Assembly: GCA_963702435.1 (NCBI GenBank)
Contig: CAVPCR010000001.1
Span: 512,001-576,000 of the forward strand
DNA length: 64,000 nucleotides
DNA from: Candidatus Eiseniibacteriota bacterium
Lineage (GTDB): Bacteria; Eisenbacteria; RBG-16-71-46; CAVPCR01
Direction of reading: 5' to 3'
Numbering within the stretch: the stretch's first letter is position 1; each line of letters opens with the position of its first letter. Below, piece after piece: positions 41,105 through 51,021 of this stretch. Under the pieces are notes generated by a model, which did not search any database, was not told the origin of the DNA, and saw only the letters and a list, made by a program, of their open reading frames with translations. The translations under genes were made by a program, and so were the position numbers.

Positions 41105-43063
41105 TTGTCCTCCCCGATCTCGACCCTCTCCAGGCGCCCGTCCCGGTCGTCCACTCTCCTTGGTCTCGCCCTCGGCGCGGCCCTTCTCTTCGGGAGGGCG
41201 GATCCTGATCGCGTGTCGGCCGCGCCCGGCTCCGCCGAGGAGACACCCGCGGCGTATGCGGCCGGCTCCGGGGCGGGGCCGGCACCCGGCGCGAGCCCCC
41301 TCGAGGAGGAGGCCCGCGGACCCAACCTCCTCCCCGCAGAGGAGACCGCCGCCGGCGAGATCGTCGAGATCCCGGACCGGCGTCTCGATCCGCCGTCGGC
41401 GGCGTGGCAGGACTCGACCCCGCTCGCGCGGGTCGGCGACGGTGTCGTCACCGCCGGGGACTTCTATCACGCCCTCGATCGCGGGAAGGGCATCGACCGC
41501 ACGCTGCCGCCCTCCGCGCTCAAGCAGGCGACCATCGAGAAGCTCATCAATCAGAAACTCCTGGTCCAGGAGGGCCGCCGCCGCGGCTACGAGCGTACCG
41601 GCCCGTTCGTGAGCTACATCACGAAGGTCGAGGACCAGGTCGCCGGCGAGGAGCTCCGCCGGCGCATCTACGCAGGCCGGATCGACGTGACGCGCACCGA
41701 GATCGAGGAGCTCTACGAGCGCTACTTCTACACCTTCCATGTGCGGAGCCTCTCGGTTGACCGGCGCGACCTGGCCGCGGAGCTCCACGCACGGATCCTC
41801 GCCGGCGAGGATTTCGGCGAGCTGGCCCGCACCTACTCGGAGGAGGCGCAGACGAGCAAGAAGGGCGGCGATATGGGCGAGCTGCGCGCCGGGCAGATGA
41901 TCATCCACTTCGAGGACGCCGTGTTCGCCATCGAGCCCGGACAGGTGACCCCGGTGATCAAGGGGAAGGGTGAGCACTACAAGCTGTTCAAGCTCGAGAG
42001 CCGCGTGCGCGACCGCACGCCGGATCGCAGCTTCGAGGAAATGGTGCCCGATCTGGCGCGGCGGGTGCGCACGCGCAAGACGGGCGATGCTCTCTACGCA
42101 TGGCAGCTGTCCATGCTCGCCAAGTACGAAGTGAAGGTGGACGACGAGAGCTTCGACATCTTTGCCGCGCGGGTCCGGGCCAAGATCAAGCAGCGGGAGG
42201 AAGCCAACGACCGGCGTCCCGACTCGCTGGACGTGAGCTGGATCTTCGTCGACTGGCCGCCCGAGGAGGTGGCCCGCGACCTCGCCACCTACAAGGGCGG
42301 GCGGCTCTCGATCGCCGAGTTCAACAAGCTGTCCCGCGGGCAGCGGAGCTGCCCGGTGTGCGCCTGGCACAATTCCGATGTCCAGCTCCGGCAGGTCGTG
42401 CTCGGCAGCGCCTTCGACAAGATCTACATGCTCGAGCTCCGCTCCATCGTGCGCGAGCGCCAGCCCGCGCTCGAGCTCCTGATCGTGCGCGGCCAGGAGG
42501 GACGGCTCGCGGCGATGGTCGGCTCGACGGTCGCCGTCACGGCGGACTCGGTCACCGCGGACCAGGCGCGCGCCTTCTACGAAGCCCACCAGGACGAGTA
42601 CGTGACGGGCGTGCGGACGCGGGTGCGGCGCATCCTCGTCGGGACCGAGGCGGAGGCGCAGGCCGTCATGGAGAGACTCGCCGGCGGCGCCGACTTCGCT
42701 GCCCTGGCCGAGGAGGTGTCGCTCGACGAGACGACCAACTGGCGCGGGGGCGAGACCGACTTCTTCGGCGCCGGCAGCATGGACGGCATGGCCGACGTGG
42801 CGCTCGAGCACGAGCCCGGCGAGCTGATCCCGCCGTTCCAGAGCCTCCGCGGCTGGGAGGTCGTCCGGGTGGTCGAGAAGTCGCCCTCGATGCCGCAGCC
42901 GCTCGCCGAGGTCCAGGACCACGTCAAGTCCAGAGTCGCCACCGCGGAGACCGAGCGGCGGATCGATGCGCTCATCGCCGAGATCAGGACGACCACGCCG
43001 GTCGCGATCGACGAGCAGGCCGTGGCGCGGCTCGCGGTGCCCGCAGCGAACCCCGAGCCCTAG
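41105..43063 (+). CDS. Periplasmic parvulin-type peptidyl-prolyl isomerase (SurA/PpiD-like, two PPIase domains)
   Basis: GEDFGELARTYSEE...GGDMG and GADFAALAEEVSLD...GGET; SurA-N-like LINQKLLVQEG; start uncertain. Confidence 0.85.
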   Translation: MSSPISTLSRRPSRSSTLLGLALGAALLFGRADPDRVSAAPGSAEETPAAYAAGSGAGPAPGASPLEEEARGPNLLPAEETAAGEIVEIPDRRLDPPSAAWQDSTPLARVGDGVVTAGDFYHALDRGKGIDRTLPPSALKQATIEKLINQKLLVQEGRRRGYERTGPFVSYITKVEDQVAGEELRRRIYAGRIDVTRTEIEELYERYFYTFHVRSLSVDRRDLAAELHARILAGEDFGELARTYSEEAQTSKKGGDMGELRAGQMIIHFEDAVFAIEPGQVTPVIKGKGEHYKLFKLESRVRDRTPDRSFEEMVPDLARRVRTRKTGDALYAWQLSMLAKYEVKVDDESFDIFAARVRAKIKQREEANDRRPDSLDVSWIFVDWPPEEVARDLATYKGGRLSIAEFNKLSRGQRSCPVCAWHNSDVQLRQVVLGSAFDKIYMLELRSIVRERQPALELLIVRGQEGRLAAMVGSTVAVTADSVTADQARAFYEAHQDEYVTGVRTRVRRILVGTEAEAQAVMERLAGGADFAALAEEVSLDETTNWRGGETDFFGAGSMDGMADVALEHEPGELIPPFQSLRGWEVVRVVEKSPSMPQPLAEVQDHVKSRVATAETERRIDALIAEIRTTTPVAIDEQAVARLAVPAANPEP

Positions 43064-43128
43064 CGCCGGGGCGGGGGGGCCGCCGTTCGGCGCAGGCGCG
43101 TCGCAGAGGACGCGGGAGCGCAAGCCGC

Positions 43129-44580
43129 TCAGCGCGCCGGAGCGAGCCGCCCCGCGGCGAGCGCGAAGCGCGGGGCCCCGAGCGCGAGGAGTTCCTCATC
43201 GTGGCTCGCGATGAGCACGGCGCCGCCGGCCCCCGCGAACGCCCGCACTGCGTGCCCGAGCATGCGCAGGCCGGGCCCATCGAGCCCCGCACCGGGCTCG
43301 TCGAGGAGCAGGATCGGCCGGCGCGCGGCGAGCTGGGCCGCGAGGGCGAGCCGGCGGACCTCGCCGCCGGAGAGCCGGAAGGGCGACGCCGCGAGCGTCT
43401 CCGGTGCGAGCCCCACGAGCGCGAGCGCCGCCGCCGCCGCCGGCGCCGGCGCCCAGTCGGCGAGATCCGCCGCGACCGTGCTCCGGTAGAAGAGCTGCCC
43501 CGCGAACTGGAGCGCGAGCGACACGCGCTCGCGCACGGCGCCGGACGGCGTCAGGGTGATCCCGCCGGCGAGCGGCGGGATGAGTCCGGCGAGGGTCGCG
43601 AGAAGCGTCGACTTCCCCGCGCCGTTTCGACCGGCCAGCGTGACGATGGTGCCCGGGACGAGATCCAGATCGAGATCGCGCGCGATCGGCTGTCCCGCCC
43701 AGCCGATGGCGAGACCGCGCGCGCGGAGGATCGAGCCCGCGGCGAGCGGCGCGAGCAGCGCGGGGAGCGGTGGGGACGCGGCGCTCGCCGGCGATGCCGC
43801 GCCCGCCGGGGAGCCCGCGCTCCCCGGGGCCGCGGCGCCCGCGAGCGGCTCGCCGGGCCAACCCTCCAGGTCGGCGGCGAGCGCGGGCGGCAATGCACCC
43901 GGCGCGTCGTGCGCGACGCGGCCCGCGGCGAGGACGACCCGGCGCGGAGCGTCGTCCGGTGGTGCCGCCTCGCTCGCGCCAGGCGAGCGGGGCCGCGGCG
44001 CGGCCGAAAGGACGAGCGCCGGGCGCTCCCGAGCGGCGCGCTCGATCCAGGTCGCCACGTCGGCGGCCGCCTCGCGATCGAGATGCGCGAACGGCTCGTC
44101 GAGCAGGAGATACGCCGGGCCGGGCGCCACGGCGGCAGCGAGCGCCACCCGCTGCATCTCGCCGCCCGAGAGCGTGCGCGGCACGCGATCGAGGAGAGGG
44201 CCGAGGTCGAGAGCGCGCGCGGTGGCGGCCACGCGGTCCCGGATCATCGCCGGCGACCACCCGAGCTGCTCGAGTCCGAAGGCGATCTCGTCGGCCACCC
44301 GGGTCGTGAGCAGCTGCGGCTCGGGATCCTGGAAGAGGAGACCGACCCGGCTCGCGACGTGACGTCTCGTCGCGGGCGGACCGGCCTCGAGGCCGTCGAT
44401 CATCACCGCACCGCTCGCCGGCGGGACGAGGCCGGCCAGGATCGCGAGAAGGCTTGACTTCCCGGCCCCCGAGCGGCCGAGGAGCTCGACCCGCTCGCCG
44501 GGCGCGAACACGAGATCCAGCGGACCGGCGAGCGGGGGCCGCGCGCCGTGGCGGATGACGACCCCGCGCGCCTCGATCAC
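43129..44580 (-). CDS. ECF-type ABC transporter ATPase with duplicated ATPase domains
   Basis: Walker A GRSGAGKS and GRNGAGKS; FQDPEPQL..RVADEIAFG; LSGGE twice; LLDEP twice. Confidence 0.85.
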   Translation of the reverse strand: MIEARGVVIRHGARPPLAGPLDLVFAPGERVELLGRSGAGKSSLLAILAGLVPPASGAVMIDGLEAGPPATRRHVASRVGLLFQDPEPQLLTTRVADEIAFGLEQLGWSPAMIRDRVAATARALDLGPLLDRVPRTLSGGEMQRVALAAAVAPGPAYLLLDEPFAHLDREAAADVATWIERAARERPALVLSAAPRPRSPGASEAAPPDDAPRRVVLAAGRVAHDAPGALPPALAADLEGWPGEPLAGAAAPGSAGSPAGAASPASAASPPLPALLAPLAAGSILRARGLAIGWAGQPIARDLDLDLVPGTIVTLAGRNGAGKSTLLATLAGLIPPLAGGITLTPSGAVRERVSLALQFAGQLFYRSTVAADLADWAPAPAAAAALALVGLAPETLAASPFRLSGGEVRRLALAAQLAARRPILLLDEPGAGLDGPGLRMLGHAVRAFAGAGGAVLIASHDEELLALGAPRFALAAGRLAPAR

Positions 44581-44599
44581 GGCCGCCGCCCCCCGCGAC

Positions 44600-45877
44600 C
44601 TAGCTGCCCGCGGCGGGCGCCGGCCCGCCCGGGGCGCTCGCGGCGGGCGATGCGGCCCGCCCGGCCCAGGCCGCGCGGGCCGCGGCGGCGACCACCGGGA
44701 AGGGCACCCCGTGCGCGCGCGCCGCGCGCGCCACGTCGTCGGTCTCGGGCGCGGCGTCGCGGAGGCTCGCCGCACCGCCCGCGGCAGGACGCACCGTCTC
44801 CTTCATGCGCACGGGCCCGTACGGCGTCTCGACCTCGACCAGGCGCCGCGGCAGGGTGCGTCGCTCCTCGCGGCGGAGCCGGAGGCCGAGGGTGGTCGTC
44901 TCGCGGAGGAGCGTCCGCGCGAGCGCCTCGGCCAGGCCCGGGCGGGCGAGCACGGTCAGCTCGGTCCCAGTGCGTCCCTTCTTCATCATGACCGGAGTGA
45001 GCGTGACGTCGAGCGCACCGGCCGCGCGCAGGGTTTCGGCGGCATGCGCGAGCGCGGTCGGCGACTCGTCGTCGATGGTCGCCGCGAGGACCACGATCTC
45101 CTCGCGCGCGACGGCGCCCGCCTCCGCCCCGTCGCCCCCCGCAAAAACCTGCTCCATCTCGCCGATCATGGCGCGGACCACGTTCGGGCGATCCGGCCGC
45201 GGGCGATGCCCGGCGCCGATGCCCACCCGCTCGACCTGAAACACGAGGTCCGGCGCCGCCGGGGCGCCGAGCGCGGTCAGGATGGCGGCCGCGGTCGGCG
45301 TCACCCACTCCCCCGGCGGGCCGCCGAGGCGGATCGGAATGCCGGCGAGAAGCTCGAGCGTCGCCGGGGCGGGCAGCGGCAGCGGTCCGTGCGCGGCGGC
45401 GATGACGCCGGTCCCGGGCGCGAGGAGACCGAAGCGCAGGAGGTCGACGCCGAGGATCTCGAGGGCGGCCGCCGTCCCGGCCACGTCCACGATCGCATCG
45501 ATCGCCCCCACCTCGTGGAAGTGGACCGCGGCGACGGGAACCGCATGCACCCGCGCCTCGGCCGCGGCCAGGCGCTCGAACACGCGGACGGCGCGCTCCC
45601 GCGCCCGCGGGGCGAGCCCGCTCGCGGCGAGGAGGGCCAGGATATCGGCGAGCGTGCGGGCATGAACCGGGTCCGCCGCCGGCGTGACCGTGACCCGCAT
45701 TGCGTCGAGCCCGCCCGCCGCGACGCGCTCGGCCGAGAGCGTGAAGGCCCCCGGGGGCAGCGGCAGGGTCGAGAGCGCCGCCTCGACCGCGGCGAGCGGC
45801 GCCCCGAGATCGAGGAGGGCCGCGAGCAGCATGTCCCCGGCCACCCCGCCCACCGGATCGACGTAGAGCGCGCGCAT
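44600..45877 (-). CDS. larC: Nickel pincer cofactor biosynthesis protein LarC (nickel insertase)
   Basis: GVAGDMLLAALLDLG, VHFHEVGAIDAIVD, PLPAPATL, VTPT, MKKGR, ETTTLGLR. Confidence 0.93.
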   Translation of the reverse strand: MRALYVDPVGGVAGDMLLAALLDLGAPLAAVEAALSTLPLPPGAFTLSAERVAAGGLDAMRVTVTPAADPVHARTLADILALLAASGLAPRARERAVRVFERLAAAEARVHAVPVAAVHFHEVGAIDAIVDVAGTAAALEILGVDLLRFGLLAPGTGVIAAAHGPLPLPAPATLELLAGIPIRLGGPPGEWVTPTAAAILTALGAPAAPDLVFQVERVGIGAGHRPRPDRPNVVRAMIGEMEQVFAGGDGAEAGAVAREEIVVLAATIDDESPTALAHAAETLRAAGALDVTLTPVMMKKGRTGTELTVLARPGLAEALARTLLRETTTLGLRLRREERRTLPRRLVEVETPYGPVRMKETVRPAAGGAASLRDAAPETDDVARAARAHGVPFPVVAAAARAAWAGRAASPAASAPGGPAPAAGS

Positions 45878-45944
45878 CGAGCTCCTTCTCCAGTCCCTGC
45901 TGCCGGCGCGGACCGCTCAGCGAGCCTGCGCAGGATACTGCTCC

Positions 45945-46745
45945 CTAGTTGCTGTTTTCTGCGGAAGGCGCCGGGGCGGCGCCGGCGCCGGTCCGGACCT
46001 GCGCCCTGAGGACGAGCGCCGCGGCGTAACCGGCCCCGAATCCGTTGTCGATGTTGACGACCGTGATCCCGGAGGCGCAGCTCGACAGCATGCCGAGGAG
46101 CGCCGCGAATCCGCCGGCGCTCGCTCCGTAGCCGACGCTCGTCGGCACGCCGATCACCGGGCAGGCGGTGAGACCGCCGATCACGCTCGGGAGCGCCCCC
46201 TCCATGCCGGCGACGGCGATGATCACGGTCGCCGCGCGCAGGCGGTCCTGGGCGGCGAGGAGGCGATGGAGGCCGGCGACGCCGACGTCGGTCAACCGTT
46301 CGACCGTGCAGCCGAGAGCGCGCGCGGTGACCTCGGCCTCGGCAGCGACCGGGAGATCCGACGTGCCGGCGGCGACGACGAGCACGAGCCCGGGGAGCGG
46401 GACGAGATCGCCGCCGCGGAGGAGGACGGTGCGGGCGAGCGGATCGTGCTCGGCGGCGGGGAACGCGGCGCACACCGCGGCCGCCGCCTCGGCGGCGGCG
46501 CGCGTGACGAGCACGGTCTGCCCGCGGGAGGCGATCGCGCGCGCGATCGCGACCACCTGCTCCGGCGTCTTCCCCGCCCCGTAGACCACCTCGGGAAATC
46601 CCCGGCGCAACGCCCGGTGGTGATCGACCGTGGCCTCCGGCAGGGACTCAAAGGGCAGGGTCCTGAGCGCAGCCAGCGCCGCTGTGACCGTCGTCTCGCC
46701 GCGCGCCAGGCGCTCGAGGAGACGCTCGAGGTCCTGTGGATTCAT
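45945..46745 (-). CDS. larB: Nickel pincer cofactor biosynthesis protein LarB
   Basis: DHHRALRRGFPEVVYGAGK, AGTSDLPVA, DVGVAGLHRL, AGMEGALPS, PTSVGYG, VVNIDNGFGA. Confidence 0.95.
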   Translation of the reverse strand: MNPQDLERLLERLARGETTVTAALAALRTLPFESLPEATVDHHRALRRGFPEVVYGAGKTPEQVVAIARAIASRGQTVLVTRAAAEAAAAVCAAFPAAEHDPLARTVLLRGGDLVPLPGLVLVVAAGTSDLPVAAEAEVTARALGCTVERLTDVGVAGLHRLLAAQDRLRAATVIIAVAGMEGALPSVIGGLTACPVIGVPTSVGYGASAGGFAALLGMLSSCASGITVVNIDNGFGAGYAAALVLRAQVRTGAGAAPAPSAENSN

Positions 46746-46779
46746 CGCCGTCTCCTCGCCGAGCCGCGCCCTGATTGCG

Positions 46780-48387
46780 CTACGGCGCGACCGACTGCTC
46801 GCGCCGGGCGTCGGCGATCTGGAAGAGGCCTGCGAGCGTCCTCGACTCGGCGAGGAGCTTCTGCGCCTCGCGGTACTGGCTATCGCCCTCGAGCATCACG
46901 CGCCAGGCCGCCTGGTCCGAGTCGAGCCGGCGGGCCGCCTCGCGGCGGATGCCGCGCTCGATCTGCGGGCGCGCCGCCGCCAGGTCCGCGTCGTCCCAGG
47001 TCACGTCCTCCTCCTGGTGCTCCTTGAGGAAGGCGGTGAACTCGGCGATCTCCCGGTCGCCCGGCACGGCGTCCGGCTTCCAGCCGGGATGGCCCTTGAG
47101 GAAATCGGTCGTGAACTCGTAGAAGAGACCGAGCCGCTCGATGTCCTCGATGACCGCCGGCAATTCCTCGGCCTCGACCATGATGTCGGGCGTGACGCCG
47201 CCGCCGCCGTACACCTCGCGGCCCATCGCCGTGCGATAGGTTTCGCGCTCGTCGGCAAGGTGCGCCTTGCCCGCGGGATCCACCGCCGCGGTGACCTTCG
47301 GATCGGGCCGCCGCTCCTCCTTGTGGATGCAGCGCCCGCTCGGCGTGTAGTACTTGGCCGTGGTCAGCTTGATGGCGGATCCGTCGCTCAGATCCACGAC
47401 CGTCTGCACCGAGCCCTTGCCGAAGGTCGTCGTGCCGAGGATGAGACCCAGGTCCCAGTCCTGGATGGCGCCGGCCACGATCTCGGAGGCGCTCGCGCTG
47501 CCGCCGTTCACGAGCACGATGACCGGGGTCGCCGAGTAGACGCTTCGCGCCCGCGACGTGTAGCCGCGGTTCTGGCTCTTCTGGCGGCCGCGGGTCTCGA
47601 CGACCAGCTTGCCGCCCCCGACGAAATGCTCGGACACCTCGACCGCCTGGGTGAGGAGCCCGCCCGGATTGGCTCGCAGGTCGAGGATCAGGCCGCGGGC
47701 GCTCTCCCGCTCCACCATGGCGAGCGCCTTCTCGAGATCCTGCGTCGTCTCCTCGGCGAACTGGGAGACGCGGATGTAGCCGATCTTCTTCTCGTCCACG
47801 TAGGAGTAGGGCACGCTCTTGAGTTCGATCTTGTCGCGCACCAGATCGAACTCGATGCGGCGGAAATCGCGGCCCCGGGCGATGGTGAGCTTGACCGGGG
47901 TCCCCTTCGGGCCGCGCATCCGGTCAACGGCGTCGTTCAAGCTCATGCCCTCGGTCGTCTGGTCGTCGATCTCGATGATGCGATCACCGGCCATGATCCC
48001 CATGCGGTAGGCCGGCGTGCCCTCCATCGGTGAGATGACGGTCAGGAACCCGTCGCGCAGCGAGATCACGATGCCGAGGCCGTGATAGGTGCCGCTCGTG
48101 CCGATGCGCAGGTTCGTGAACTCGGCCTCGTCGAGGAACTGGGAGTAGGGGTCGAGCTCGCCGAGGAACCCGTTGAGCGCGCGATCCACGAGCACCGAGT
48201 CGGGCAGGTCCTCGACATACATCGTGCGCACCTTGGACAGCACCTCGTCGAGGAGCCGGAGGCGCTCCCCGTCGCCCCGCGGCTGGCTCATGCCCAGGGC
48301 GAAGCCGCCGACGAGGAGCACCACGATCAGGAGGAGGGACGGGAGAAACCGGCGCAAGCCAGACAAGATGTGGAACCTCCGCCCCAT
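46780..48387 (-). CDS. ctpA: Carboxyl-terminal processing protease (S41 family, PDZ)
   Basis: LDPYS, DLRANPGGLL, SASASEIVAGAIQD, TFGKGSVQ, KLTTAKYYTPSGRCI. Confidence 0.93.
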   Translation of the reverse strand: MGRRFHILSGLRRFLPSLLLIVVLLVGGFALGMSQPRGDGERLRLLDEVLSKVRTMYVEDLPDSVLVDRALNGFLGELDPYSQFLDEAEFTNLRIGTSGTYHGLGIVISLRDGFLTVISPMEGTPAYRMGIMAGDRIIEIDDQTTEGMSLNDAVDRMRGPKGTPVKLTIARGRDFRRIEFDLVRDKIELKSVPYSYVDEKKIGYIRVSQFAEETTQDLEKALAMVERESARGLILDLRANPGGLLTQAVEVSEHFVGGGKLVVETRGRQKSQNRGYTSRARSVYSATPVIVLVNGGSASASEIVAGAIQDWDLGLILGTTTFGKGSVQTVVDLSDGSAIKLTTAKYYTPSGRCIHKEERRPDPKVTAAVDPAGKAHLADERETYRTAMGREVYGGGGVTPDIMVEAEELPAVIEDIERLGLFYEFTTDFLKGHPGWKPDAVPGDREIAEFTAFLKEHQEEDVTWDDADLAAARPQIERGIRREAARRLDSDQAAWRVMLEGDSQYREAQKLLAESRTLAGLFQIADARREQSVAP

Positions 48388-49040
48388 CAGCCGGCCGGCG
48401 GCCGGTTGGGGCCGTTCACCCTGGGGGCCTCGAGTACGGTCAGAACCTGCTGCAAGACGGACTCATGCACGCTATCGGCATCGGCCCGCGCGTCGATGAC
48501 CTTGATGCGATCGGGCTCCCGCTCCCGCGCCGCCCGGTAGGCGGCGCGCACCCGCTCGTGAAAGACCAGGGCCTCGGCCTCGAGCCGGTCCTCGACCCGG
48601 CCCTTGAACCGCTCGCGCGCCGCAGCCACCGGCAGGTCGAGGAGCAGCGTCAGATCGGGCTGGAGCCCGCCGGTCGCGGCCGCGATCGCTCGCGCGACGA
48701 GATCGGCATCGATGCCGCGGCCTCCCGCCTGGTAGGCCGTGGTCGCATCCGCGTAGCGGTCGGCGATGACCACCCGCCCGGCGGCGAGCGCCGGCCGGAT
48801 CACCTCGGCCACGTGCTGGGCGCGATCGGCCAGCATCAGAAACAGCTCCGCCAGCGGCACCGTCGGATACGCGCCCGAGAGCACGAGCTCGCGGATCGCG
48901 GCCCCGAGCGGCGTACCTCCGGGCTCGCGGGACACGACGACCTCATAGCCGCGGGCAGCCAGCGCGGCCTTGAGCCGCGCCGCCTGCGTCGACTTGCCGG
49001 CGCCCTCGACGCCCTCGAAACTCAAGAACCAGCCGCGCAC
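48387..49040 (-). CDS. tmk: Thymidylate kinase
   Basis: FEGVEGAGKSTQ, REPGGT, ADRAQH, DRY..TTAYQ, PDLTLLLD. Confidence 0.95.
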   Translation of the reverse strand: MRGWFLSFEGVEGAGKSTQAARLKAALAARGYEVVVSREPGGTPLGAAIRELVLSGAYPTVPLAELFLMLADRAQHVAEVIRPALAAGRVVIADRYADATTAYQAGGRGIDADLVARAIAAATGGLQPDLTLLLDLPVAAARERFKGRVEDRLEAEALVFHERVRAAYRAAREREPDRIKVIDARADADSVHESVLQQVLTVLEAPRVNGPNRPPAG

Positions 49041-49123
49041 GTTCCGGTTCCGGCGATCGAGCGCGCGCCGGCGTCGCCGCCGATCATTACTACGCGCTCC
49101 ACTCCACCTTCGTTCCCGCCGGC

Positions 49124-50344
49124 CTAGGACTTGCCGGCCCGAGCCCGCGGGCGAGCCGTCCCCCGCCGGGCCGGACGGCCGTTCGACTGGGCCGCCGCCC
49201 CGGCGCTCCGGCTCGCGCGACGGCGCGCGGGCGCCCCGGCCCGCGCCGCCCTGGTCGCCCGCCCCTTCCCGGCCGCCATCTCGGCGATGAAATCCTCGGT
49301 CATCTGCCGCGCCGCGTCGTCGGTGAACTGCTGCGGCGGGGACTTCTTGAAGTAGGCCGAGGGGCCGACCAGCGCGCCGGAGACCCCGTTGTCGAGCGCG
49401 AGCTTCGCGCAGCGCACGGCGTCGATGACGACGCCGGCCGAGTTCGGCGAGTCCCACACCTCGAGCTTGAGCTCCACGTTGAGCGGCACGTCGCCGAAGG
49501 TGCGCCCCTCCATGCGGATGTAAGCCCACTTGCGATCATCGAGCCACTCGACGTAGTCGGACGGACCGATGTGCACGTTCTTCGAGCCGAGGTCGTAGTC
49601 GAGCTGCGAGGTCACCGCGCTCGTCTTCGAGATCTTCTTCGACTCGAGGCGCGATCTCTCGAGCATGTTCAGGAAGTCGGTGTTGCCGCCGACGTTGAGC
49701 TGGCTCGTCCGCTCGAGCCGCACGCCGCGATCGCGGAACAGGCGGGTGAGGACCCGATGCACGATGGTGGCGCCGACCTGCGACTTGATGTCGTCGCCGA
49801 TGACCGGCACGCCGGCCTTCTCGAAGCGCTTCTGCCAGTAGCTCTCCCGCGCGATGAAGACGGGGATGCAGTTCACGAGGGCGCAGGGCACGCGCAGGAT
49901 CTGCTCGACGTACCACTTGGTCGCCTCCTCGCTGCCGACCGGCAGGTAGTTGACGACCACGTCGGTCTTGGTGCGCCGGAGGATGTCCACGATGTCGGCG
50001 GTCGGACCCTCGGCCTTCTTGATGATCTTCGACAGGTAGTAGCCGAGCCCGTCGTGCGTCATACCGCGCACCACCTTGACCCCGGTCTTCGGCACGTCGG
50101 CGAACTTGTACGTGTTGTTTGGATAGGTGTAGATCGCCTCGGCGAGGTCCTTCCCCACCTTGCGCGCGTCGATGTCGATGGCGGCGGTGAACTCGATGTC
50201 GCTGATGTGATACCCGCCCAGGTTCACATGCATGAGACCGGGCACGAACTCGTCCGCGGCGGCGTTCCGGTAGTAGTGCACTCCCTGCACGAAGGAGGAC
50301 GCGCAGTTCCCGACGCCGATGATGGCCACCCGCACTTTTGGCAT
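49124..50344 (-). CDS. ino1: Myo-inositol-1-phosphate (inositol-3-phosphate) synthase
   Basis: [58 protein letters not shown]. Confidence 0.95.
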   Translation of the reverse strand: MPKVRVAIIGVGNCASSFVQGVHYYRNAAADEFVPGLMHVNLGGYHISDIEFTAAIDIDARKVGKDLAEAIYTYPNNTYKFADVPKTGVKVVRGMTHDGLGYYLSKIIKKAEGPTADIVDILRRTKTDVVVNYLPVGSEEATKWYVEQILRVPCALVNCIPVFIARESYWQKRFEKAGVPVIGDDIKSQVGATIVHRVLTRLFRDRGVRLERTSQLNVGGNTDFLNMLERSRLESKKISKTSAVTSQLDYDLGSKNVHIGPSDYVEWLDDRKWAYIRMEGRTFGDVPLNVELKLEVWDSPNSAGVVIDAVRCAKLALDNGVSGALVGPSAYFKKSPPQQFTDDAARQMTEDFIAEMAAGKGRATRAARAGAPARRRASRSAGAAAQSNGRPARRGTARPRARAGKS

Positions 50345-50428
50345 GGAGTTTCCTCTCCTTGAGCTATCCAGCCGGCCGCGCGGCCGGGCCCGTCGCGAGC
50401 GCACGCCGCCTCCGCCGCGAGCCCCGCC

Positions 50429-51019
50429 CTAAGGGCGCCGGCCCGCCCGGACCTGCCGCTCCACGTGCCGCACCCGCGTCCAGAAGGTCCAGAACGCGAG
50501 CAGGGTGAGCGCGACGAGAAGGAAGCGCAGCGCCGTTCCTCCGGTGAGCAGCGCAGCGATCAGGACCACGAGGCGCTCGGGCCGCTCGAGCATGCCGACC
50601 TTGCCGTCGAGTCCGAGCCCTTCGGCCCGGGCTCGCGCATAGCTGACCATGGTTGAGGCGATGAGTCCCAGGACGGCGAGCGCCACCCAGCCGGCCCCGC
50701 TCGGGATCAGGTACACGGCGAGCCCCACGAACACGGCCCCCTCGGCCAGGCGATCCATGCACGAGTCGAGGAAGGCTCCGGTCGGGCTCGCGCTCCCCTG
50801 CCGGCGCGCCAGCTGGCCGTCCAGGATGTCGCAAAGCGCGGAAAGAATGAGGCAAAGCGCGCCCCAGCGCAAGCGGTCCGAAGCGATGCACCAACCCGCG
50901 GCGGCGGCCAGGGCGAGCCCCGACAGGGTGATCGCGGTCGGCCGGAGGCCGATCCGATCGAGGACTTCGACCACCGGATCGAGGGCGCGGCGAGCCTCTT
51001 CCTTGAATGCTCCCTGCAT
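50429..51019 (-). CDS. CDP-alcohol phosphatidyltransferase, probable phosphatidylinositol-phosphate synthase
   Basis: DILDGQLAR...GAFLDSCMDR, MVSYARARAEGLG, ERPER; directly upstream of ino1. Confidence 0.85.
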   Translation of the reverse strand: MQGAFKEEARRALDPVVEVLDRIGLRPTAITLSGLALAAAAGWCIASDRLRWGALCLILSALCDILDGQLARRQGSASPTGAFLDSCMDRLAEGAVFVGLAVYLIPSGAGWVALAVLGLIASTMVSYARARAEGLGLDGKVGMLERPERLVVLIAALLTGGTALRFLLVALTLLAFWTFWTRVRHVERQVRAGRRP

Positions 51020-51021
51020 GT

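Noticed and set aside
40721..43123. 800-aa minus-strand ORF
   Set aside because: Shadow of the plus-strand PPIase, which carries the recognisable motifs
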